In this document: positions 26,675 through 33,934 of the stretch, piece after piece | How positions within the stretch are numbered: the stretch's first letter is position 1 | How the letters are laid out: the number at the start of each line of letters is the position of its first letter | IMG/VR virus record: IMGVR_UViG_3300044266_000375 | Location: 1 to 36,797 of that record | DNA length: 36,797 nucleotides | Strand: one strand, 5' to 3' | Origin: a virus | Taxonomy: Duplodnaviria > Caudoviricetes | The notes under the pieces: generated by a model | Databases searched by the model: none | Seen by the model: the letters and a program-made list of their open reading frames with translations, nothing else | Told to the model about the DNA's origin: nothing | Translations under genes and position numbers: made by a program

Positions 26675-29169
26675 TGGGTGGTGTTGTAAGAGCCGTCACC
26701 AACGTCGTTTCTGATGTTGTAGAAAGCGTTGGCGACGTAATAAAAGACGTTGGTGAGGTGGCAGAGAAAGTCGTCAACTCTGCTGTAAAGCTCGTTGAAA
26801 ATACAGTTCAAGGCGCTCTTTCAGATCCGATCGGCACGATCGCGAAAGTGGCGGCTGTCGCCACAGGCAACGCCGAACTGCTGCCCCTTATAAATGCGGG
26901 CGATGTCGTCGCGCATGGCGGAAGTTTGGACCAAGCACTCCTCGCTGCAGGCACGACTTACGTTGGGCAGGGCGTAGCGAACTACGTCTCCTCTAACCTT
27001 AGCACAGCTGACATTTACGATACAACGCCGTTCTCGGAGCAGACGCAAGCGTTGGCGCAGCAAAACGCAGGTCTCATCCCCACAGACAGCCTTTCCAGAG
27101 CGATCGGTGCAGCTGCTGGCACAGCGACCAAAGAAACCCTGAGTGGTAAAGAAGACGTAGCGCAGATTTTCGGCGATGCGTTGGCTGGTGGTGCGGGCTC
27201 TTACGTAGGCTCCGAAGTAAAAGCCAACACCCTCGACTCCCTCGGCCAAACAGGAAGCTCACTCGCCGGCAATATGGCGGGTGCAACCACGACCGCAGCG
27301 CTGCGCGGGCAAGATCCTTCCGCTGCGATCGGCAGCTCTCTGGTCAACAGCCTCGTCAGCTCGAGTTTGAGTCCGTCTGCGCCGCTCGCCCCAGTGAACA
27401 AAGCCGAAACGGAAAGTGAAACCAATTTAGCATACAACAACTTGTCGCCCGCTGACAAACAGTTTGTCGACATGTCGGTTGCGATGGGCGGAGACTTGAG
27501 CACCGCTGTCAACTATGCAATGGCGAATCCTTCGTCACCAGCTCCAGGAACGCAGTACGCTTCTCTCACGCCCGAAACAATGACAGATGTACCAGTTGGC
27601 TCGGGAGACGCAGAACCTGAAACAATAGACGTAACGCTGGGCAAAGGCTCGGGCGGCGCTCCCGGTGCTCCGGGCGCTCCGGACAGCTACGGCTACGAGT
27701 TCCCTCCTGGATCGAAGTTCGACAATGGCATGACCTATCTCGGCGATGGCGTTTGGGACATTGACGGAAAACAATGGACTGTCGGCATTGAAGGCTGGAA
27801 CGACAAAACCACGCCGAATGGTCAATTCTTTGAAGGTCTCGCCTCGCAGCTGGGTGTGAAAAGTCCGATCGAAGCAAAGCTGGTTCAAGCTCAGGAGCCA
27901 ACAGAGCCTGTCGTCGATCAATCCTCCACGACTGTGCCTTTGATTGTCTCAGGAGAGGTGACTCCGCCGCAAACACCGCCGACCTCTGTTTCTCCGAATG
28001 TTTCGGTGCTCGAACCTGCACCAACCTCCGATGCATTGCAGCAACTGCCGCCTGATCTGGCAGGGATGGTCACAGAAGACGCAAAAAATCTTTCTCAGTC
28101 CGGCTTCTCGAATCAAGACGTTATTTCGCTCATCTCGAACACATATGGTTTGGACACGCCCGTTGTCACTGATCTCGTTTCGAGCTTGACGACTCCGGCA
28201 GCGACTTCTTCAACGGCTGTAGCAACACCATCTACTTCCGCTTCAACGACAGAAATTGCTCAAACAGTCCCCGTTTCAACGACTACTGCTCCGGTGACAG
28301 AGGTTGTTGAGCAGCCAACTGCACCTGTTGTTACTGCGCAGGAAGAAGAGCAGCCGAAAAAAGAAGAGGAGAAAACAACAACTCCTCCGATCAGTGTGCC
28401 TATCGTCACGCCTTCTGTCGTCGCGCCTTCTGTCACGACTACGACTTCCGCCCCTTCACAGAATCTGTTTTTCGGTGCAGCGGGTGATTCCTCTTCGAGT
28501 TCTGCTGGCGCTCTCCCGAAGGGACTTTCCGCTACTTACCTTCCAGCTGCGCCCGCTCAAGGAACGACTATGAATTTGTTTCAGCTGAAACAGCTCTATC
28601 CGCAACTTTCCACCATCGACCCGAAACTGCTTTCTCTGATCACAGGGAAACCCGTTTCACCTCTGGGCTCTCTAGACACTGACGGAACTCATCTCTCTGT
28701 AGGGAATGCCTCTGCCCCGAGTCCGGGATACCCTTCTCGCGCTTCTGGCCCAGAAACGAGCTCGACTTCTTTCGCGCCGACCCGAGAATTTATGAGTGGT
28801 AATTATGACGCCCTTTCTTCGGCTGGGCTGCGTGCTATGGGAGCACTCCCAAGCTACGGGCTGAAAAAAGGCGGCAAAGTGAAAAACCGCCCAGCTCCTC
28901 TTCATATTCCTGAATTCAAAACTGGCACCACAGGTCACTTCGTTCAAGGCAGAGGTGACGGTCAGTCGGATGATATCCCTGCTATGCTAGCGGATGGCGA
29001 ATACGTTTTCGACGCCGACACAGTAGCAGCTCTGGGCAATGGATCTTCAAAAGCAGGTGCACTCGTTTTGGACAAAATGCGCGAAAATATAAGGAAACAT
29101 AAGCGCTCCGCTGCTGAAGACAAAATCCCTCCAAAGGCTAAATCGCCTTTAGAATACTTGAAAGGTTAA
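26674..29169 (+). CDS. Probable internal virion/DNA-ejection protein (Met-Gly N-terminus)
   Basis: AAGGAG Shine-Dalgarno; amphipathic N-terminal helix; Ala/Gly-rich helices; Pro/Thr/Ser linker; LKKGGKVK; C-terminal GDGQSDDIPAMLADGEYV domain. Confidence 0.6.
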   Translation: MGGVVRAVTNVVSDVVESVGDVIKDVGEVAEKVVNSAVKLVENTVQGALSDPIGTIAKVAAVATGNAELLPLINAGDVVAHGGSLDQALLAAGTTYVGQGVANYVSSNLSTADIYDTTPFSEQTQALAQQNAGLIPTDSLSRAIGAAAGTATKETLSGKEDVAQIFGDALAGGAGSYVGSEVKANTLDSLGQTGSSLAGNMAGATTTAALRGQDPSAAIGSSLVNSLVSSSLSPSAPLAPVNKAETESETNLAYNNLSPADKQFVDMSVAMGGDLSTAVNYAMANPSSPAPGTQYASLTPETMTDVPVGSGDAEPETIDVTLGKGSGGAPGAPGAPDSYGYEFPPGSKFDNGMTYLGDGVWDIDGKQWTVGIEGWNDKTTPNGQFFEGLASQLGVKSPIEAKLVQAQEPTEPVVDQSSTTVPLIVSGEVTPPQTPPTSVSPNVSVLEPAPTSDALQQLPPDLAGMVTEDAKNLSQSGFSNQDVISLISNTYGLDTPVVTDLVSSLTTPAATSSTAVATPSTSASTTEIAQTVPVSTTTAPVTEVVEQPTAPVVTAQEEEQPKKEEEKTTTPPISVPIVTPSVVAPSVTTTTSAPSQNLFFGAAGDSSSSSAGALPKGLSATYLPAAPAQGTTMNLFQLKQLYPQLSTIDPKLLSLITGKPVSPLGSLDTDGTHLSVGNASAPSPGYPSRASGPETSSTSFAPTREFMSGNYDALSSAGLRAMGALPSYGLKKGGKVKNRPAPLHIPEFKTGTTGHFVQGRGDGQSDDIPAMLADGEYVFDADTVAALGNGSSKAGALVLDKMRENIRKHKRSAAEDKIPPKAKSPLEYLKG

Positions 29170-29172
29170 CTC

Positions 29173-30216
29173 ATGGCTCTAACTCAAGGCGCAGCGCTTC
29201 CCAACATCACAACCACTCAGGGGCAAACCACAACTGCTCCGAGTTGGTACACTGATTACCTCACTAACATTGCCAATGCTGGCACGACTGGGGCGCAGAA
29301 TGCTACCTATGCCGGCGCTTCTCCGCTGCAGCAGGAAGCCTTTCAACAAACGCAAAGCAACGTAGGCTCTTACCAGCCTGCATTGACAAGTGCGCTGAAT
29401 CTTGCCAACCAAGCTGGCAACTATGACGTGGCCACGGCTGCTGGCAACTTCATGAACCCTTACACCACAAATGTCGTTCAGTCTTTGAACGAACTTGGGC
29501 TGCGGAACATCCGGCAGAATCTCGCTCCAGGCGCTACTTCGGCTGCTGTTGGCTCTGGCCAGTTCGGCTCTAAGCGTGGTGCAGAGGTGCTAGGACAGGC
29601 GATCAATGCTGGCCTTCAGAACCTTAACGCTGCCGAAGCGCAAGCGCTGCAAACCGGCTATACACAAGCGCTACAGGCTGCCCAGAACCAAGAGCAAGCC
29701 AAGCTCGCTTCCTCTCAGCAGCTGGGCAATCTTGCCACCTCGACTCAAGGTCTCGGATTGGGCGATATCAATGCGCTCGCGACTTTGGGTGCTCAACAGC
29801 AGCAAATTGAACAAGGTCGTAGCTTGTTCCCGCTGCAGGTTGCCTCGCAACAGGCAGGGTTGCTGCGCGGATATACTGTCCCGACTTCGGTCAGCTCGAC
29901 TTACACAGGTCCAATTCCGGGAGCATACAGCGCATCACCTTTGTCGCAGATTGCGGGGATCGGTTCGCTGATGGGTGCGGTTAGCAACACCAATCTCGGA
30001 AAATCCATCGGCGCTGGGCTCTCAAATATCAACTGGAGCAATCTTGGCACCGACCTTAGCAATTGGCTCAGCGGCAACGGTCAGCCAGAACAGCTGGGTG
30101 GTCCAACAGAAACAACTCAACCATCTGGCAGCGGGATAATTTACAATAACGACGGATCCTACACCCTCCCTAGCGGAGAGATTGTAAATCCCAATCAATA
30201 CAGCGAAGGGGCATGA
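29173..30216 (+). CDS. Probable DNA-ejection (pilot) protein
   Basis: Q/A/G-rich; FMNPY, GQFGSKR and SPLSQIAGIG patterns typical of podophage DNA transfer proteins. Confidence 0.6.
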   Translation: MALTQGAALPNITTTQGQTTTAPSWYTDYLTNIANAGTTGAQNATYAGASPLQQEAFQQTQSNVGSYQPALTSALNLANQAGNYDVATAAGNFMNPYTTNVVQSLNELGLRNIRQNLAPGATSAAVGSGQFGSKRGAEVLGQAINAGLQNLNAAEAQALQTGYTQALQAAQNQEQAKLASSQQLGNLATSTQGLGLGDINALATLGAQQQQIEQGRSLFPLQVASQQAGLLRGYTVPTSVSSTYTGPIPGAYSASPLSQIAGIGSLMGAVSNTNLGKSIGAGLSNINWSNLGTDLSNWLSGNGQPEQLGGPTETTQPSGSGIIYNNDGSYTLPSGEIVNPNQYSEGA

Positions 30217-31934
30217 CGATGCCAGCCATGAATCCACTTTCGATGTTGCCGACCCCTGTTGAGGGAAATCCTTCCGCGAGCCAAGAGTACACTGATGCAC
30301 TGAGCAAAATAGTTCAAGCGCTGGAGGCTCGTGCTTCTGGCGAGCCGAATCTATTCAATGTTGCGGCGCAATTTTTCAATCCAGGAAGGTCAGGTTCATT
30401 CGGCGAGTCGCTGGGTAATGTCGCTGCTTCGATCGGCAAAGACGTCGAGCGAGCTCAGGAGTATCAAATTCCAGTTGCGCAAATGAAAGCGCAGCTCGCG
30501 CAGCAGAAATACGCCATGGCTCAGAATCAGCAAGCCTTAGAATCGCTCAATCAGCTTTACGGCGGTCAGCTGGTGCCTTCGCCTCAAAGCGCTGCCGCAG
30601 CTCCTGCTGGAGTTCAAGCTGCGGCTGGTGCGCCCGCTGGAGCTCAAGCTGCGGCTGGTGCGCCCGCTTTGGTTTCTAGAGTTCCTGGGACTGCAGTGGG
30701 TGCAGACGGCGGTTGGCTGCCTGATTCAAGAACTGTAGGCATGATGCTCACTGCGAACAACGGTGATGCACGTCCAGTGCTGCAAGAAATAGCCAAAGCA
30801 CGGATGAAACTGTCTGAGCCGACAGACGTTATGAAAGATCTGGCTGCTCTCCAAGATCCGAGCGTTTCACAGATCGTCAAAATGGGTATCGCTACGAAGT
30901 ATTTCGAAAGCGCTGTGAAACCGTTTGATGTGCGGAGTGCTTCTGGTACGTTGCAATCCAATGCATTGGATCAAATCAAAAAACTCTTGCCGCAAATTCT
31001 CACTCCGCAAGCAGCTCAAGCATCAACTCCAGCAGCACCTTCGCCCCGTCCTGCAGCTGCAGCAGCACCTTCGCCCCGTCCTGCAGCTGCAGCTGCGACG
31101 CAGCCTCGCCCAGCGGCTGGCACACCAACAGACGTAAAGATGTTCACGACTTCAGACGGTTTCCAAGTGCCTATGCCTTCGCGACCGCCCGCCGTGACGA
31201 CACCTGCAGGTTTCGCTCCGGGAAGTTCAGAAGCGCTGGAAGCGATGAAAAAAGAAGCCGAGCAGTCCCGAGAGTACATGTACCGCAAAGACGGTCCACT
31301 CGACAAAGCTCGTATTGCTTACGATGCAGCGAACAAGAATTTGCAAAACTACACAAACATCATCAACTCAGTTCAGAACATGCAAGGCGGCATCACTGCT
31401 GTTCCGCTTCAGACTTGGGACAAGCTCGTCGATGCTTTCGGATTCAGCACTCCGGATCAGTACAAACGCATGATCTCGACAGGCATCGTCGACAAAGCCA
31501 CCAAAGAGATCGTCGCCAACGACCTCAAAGCTGCTTTCGGCGGCAACCCGACCGAAGGCGAACGCAAATACTTGAACGAAGCGCTGATCAACATCTCTGA
31601 TCCAAAAGAGCTGATCTTGTTCGCTGCGCTCACTCGTAAAGCAATCGCTGCCAAAGACATCGCGCGGTTCGAATATTTGTCGCAAAACATTGGCGCTGGT
31701 TTGAATGCAGAAAAGACTTTCGACGCTTGGTATCGGAGGCAAAATCTTTCCCTGTTCGAACCAGAGCTGAAAAAGATGGAACCCAGAATTTTCGGCAAGC
31801 GCCCAGAAGGTGCAGCTCCCGCTGCTCCAACAGAACGCAGACCCGTTTATATTGGGTCTCGAGAGATCGTGCCCGATGCTGAAAATAAAAGATGGATTTT
31901 CAAAGACAACGGACAACCGGTGCCGAGACAATGA
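30213..31934 (+). CDS. Probable internal virion/ejection protein
   Basis: Helical, with Ala/Pro linkers and a FGGNPTEGER motif; ATGA overlaps. Confidence 0.55.
   Translation: MTMPAMNPLSMLPTPVEGNPSASQEYTDALSKIVQALEARASGEPNLFNVAAQFFNPGRSGSFGESLGNVAASIGKDVERAQEYQIPVAQMKAQLAQQKYAMAQNQQALESLNQLYGGQLVPSPQSAAAAPAGVQAAAGAPAGAQAAAGAPALVSRVPGTAVGADGGWLPDSRTVGMMLTANNGDARPVLQEIAKARMKLSEPTDVMKDLAALQDPSVSQIVKMGIATKYFESAVKPFDVRSASGTLQSNALDQIKKLLPQILTPQAAQASTPAAPSPRPAAAAAPSPRPAAAAATQPRPAAGTPTDVKMFTTSDGFQVPMPSRPPAVTTPAGFAPGSSEALEAMKKEAEQSREYMYRKDGPLDKARIAYDAANKNLQNYTNIINSVQNMQGGITAVPLQTWDKLVDAFGFSTPDQYKRMISTGIVDKATKEIVANDLKAAFGGNPTEGERKYLNEALINISDPKELILFAALTRKAIAAKDIARFEYLSQNIGAGLNAEKTFDAWYRRQNLSLFEPELKKMEPRIFGKRPEGAAPAAPTERRPVYIGSREIVPDAENKRWIFKDNGQPVPRQ
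30606..30668 (+). repeat. 30-bp tandem duplication (2 copies, 1 mismatch) encoding AG(V/A)QAAAGAP
   Basis: gctggagttcaagctgcggctggtgcgccc followed by gctggagctcaagctgcggctggtgcgccc. Confidence 0.9.
31031..31093 (+). repeat. 30-bp perfect tandem duplication encoding AAPSPRPAAA
   Basis: agcagcaccttcgccccgtcctgcagctgc x2, followed by a degenerate third unit (ATQPRPAAG). Confidence 0.9.
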
Positions 31935-33751
31935 CTGATATTGCAAAGCTTCCGCCGCTGCCTCCCGGTGCTTCTCTGACGCCGAGGAGTTCTGAGCTCC
32001 CGCCGCTGCCCGCTGGCGCTTCCTACACGCAAGCCGAAGCACCAACTCCAGAGAATGTTTACGTCGATCCGTTCACCGGCATGCAGCTTTCCGGTCCAAG
32101 CATTTTCGGAGAAACAGAAGAGCCTACTGGCGGTGCAAAACTCGCTCAGCAAGCGATGCTCGGTCTTACTGCTATGCCGATGCGGTTTATGGCCTCGTTG
32201 GCGAAACCCGTTTTGGGCGGCGCGCAACTGATCGCTAAACAATTCGAAGCCCCGCCGCAGCAGACGATGGAAGGACTCATCGCTGGCAAAAAACCGACCA
32301 AGCCTCTTTCCTGGATCGACGAAGCCATCGATGCAGTGAATCAAATCGAGCGCGGCAGCAATGAAGCTGCTGGTCCGCTTTCTTGGTTGACGACTCGCCC
32401 TGCTTCTCTCGCTGGAGATCTCTATTCAGGGTTCGGCGCTGGCAAAACAGCTTACAATGTTGCTTCTCGACTCTTGCCAAATGCTCCGAGGGTAGCGAGC
32501 ACTGCGGTTGGCACGCTCGGTGGTGGAACTTCTGCTTTGCTTCAACCGACTGAACCTGGACTTTACGGTTCCGAGTTCAACTTGGAAAAAGCAAAACAAG
32601 CAGGTGTGGGGTCTGTTGCAGGCGGGACACTTGGTTCTATTTTCGGTTCCCTGGCATCGAAAGACATCGACCGTTTGCGCAAAGCTGGCGTGACAGATTT
32701 GACTCCTGGAATGCTAAGCCCAACCATGCGCAACATGGAAGACTTCGCGCAGAAATACCTGCCTTTTGTTTCGGGCAAAATCGGAGAAGCCGAAGCCAAT
32801 GCACTGCAGTCGTTCAACCGAGCAGCTGCACAAACAGTGCTTCAGCCTTTGGGCGTTACAATCCCTTCGGGCATAAAGCCTGGATACGAGCTGAACAAAT
32901 TCGTCAAAGACGAGATCGGAAAACGCTACACCGCAATCGAAAACAAGATCCACCTGCCTTTCACGATCAAAGAGGAAGACGCAATTCGCGACGAGATGAG
33001 TCGACTGACGAGAGACATGTCGCAAAAGTCAGCCAAGCTGTTCACTGAGGAGGTTATGTCCTCGCTCAAAAATGCTGTAACGAGCATTGGTATCCCTGGA
33101 AAGAATTTCCGCGAAATGGAAAGCTCGTTGGGCACAAAGGCGATGGACTATGTCTCGTCGAAAGAAGCAGTCGACCGCAGCGCTGGTCGAGCCATTTTCC
33201 AATTCCAAGACTTTTTGCGCCAGCAGCTGCGTGACGCAAACCCTTCTGTTGCAAAAGAGCTGACCGCGATTCACACCTCATTCAGAAACAGTTTGCCTTA
33301 CAGAAAAGCCTCAACCTACGCCGAAGCAATCGAGGGTGTCATAAATCCTGGGATGCTGCGCCGATCCACCAAAAATCTCGAAGGTATGGACGTTCCGTTG
33401 CGAGATCTGGCGGACGCTTCTGTCAACGTGATGGGCAAAAAAGTCGTCTCTCCGCAAGGCTCAGCCAGCTCTCGAGGTTTGGGCGCTGCTGCAGGAGTTC
33501 TGCCGTTTGTTGCTTCGAGTGTGCCCGCTGCAGCACCTTACACCGTTCCTGGGCTGGAGTTCCTCGTCCCAGCAGCAATTGGCACGACTCGCGCTCTTTA
33601 CAGTCGTCCAGGAATTGCGGCTTCGAATTTGATAAGCGCAACCCCTGGAGGTGTATTAGGGACTTCCGCCGGTGCCCCTGCTGGCGCACTCACTTCGTTC
33701 CGCGAAGACATGGAGCGCCGCAAAGCCGAACAAGGTTTGTTGCCGAGGTGA
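31931..33751 (+). CDS. Probable large internal virion/ejection protein
   Basis: Likely ATG at 31931 (ATGA overlap); LPPLP(P/A)GAS x2 at the N-terminus; Gly/Ala-rich hydrophobic helices; last gene of the + strand region. Confidence 0.55.
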   Translation: MTDIAKLPPLPPGASLTPRSSELPPLPAGASYTQAEAPTPENVYVDPFTGMQLSGPSIFGETEEPTGGAKLAQQAMLGLTAMPMRFMASLAKPVLGGAQLIAKQFEAPPQQTMEGLIAGKKPTKPLSWIDEAIDAVNQIERGSNEAAGPLSWLTTRPASLAGDLYSGFGAGKTAYNVASRLLPNAPRVASTAVGTLGGGTSALLQPTEPGLYGSEFNLEKAKQAGVGSVAGGTLGSIFGSLASKDIDRLRKAGVTDLTPGMLSPTMRNMEDFAQKYLPFVSGKIGEAEANALQSFNRAAAQTVLQPLGVTIPSGIKPGYELNKFVKDEIGKRYTAIENKIHLPFTIKEEDAIRDEMSRLTRDMSQKSAKLFTEEVMSSLKNAVTSIGIPGKNFREMESSLGTKAMDYVSSKEAVDRSAGRAIFQFQDFLRQQLRDANPSVAKELTAIHTSFRNSLPYRKASTYAEAIEGVINPGMLRRSTKNLEGMDVPLRDLADASVNVMGKKVVSPQGSASSRGLGAAAGVLPFVASSVPAAAPYTVPGLEFLVPAAIGTTRALYSRPGIAASNLISATPGGVLGTSAGAPAGALTSFREDMERRKAEQGLLPR

Positions 33752-33763
33752 CCCCTCCACGCT

Positions 33764-33934
33764 TCAGGGCGTGTTTGACCCCGCAGAGTTTGTGGGGTCT
33801 TTTTTTGCCTTCATGGTTGCGAGTGTCCAAGCTTCGAGCCATATGTTGTACGGGTCTTCGAGCAGATTTTCGTTTTTGGTACGTTTGAGCAAATCGATCC
33901 AGTCGTCGAACTCTTTGCGTGCACTGTCAAGCAT
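33764..33934 (-). CDS. Small hypothetical protein
   Basis: ATG at 33934 overlaps the 3' end of dnaE; MLDSARKEFDDW...PYNIWLEAW. Confidence 0.6.
   Translation of the reverse strand: MLDSARKEFDDWIDLLKRTKNENLLEDPYNIWLEAWTLATMKAKKDPTNSAGSNTP

Noticed and set aside
26674-29169. Calling the 831-aa protein a tape measure protein
   Set aside because: No major tail tube, tail-assembly chaperone or baseplate genes are recognisable; the adaptor, nozzle and multiple internal proteins fit a short-tailed phage better.
33752-33763. Bidirectional terminator at the convergence of the late and replication genes
   Set aside because: The gap is only 12 bp and I could not identify a convincing hairpin with a U-tract.
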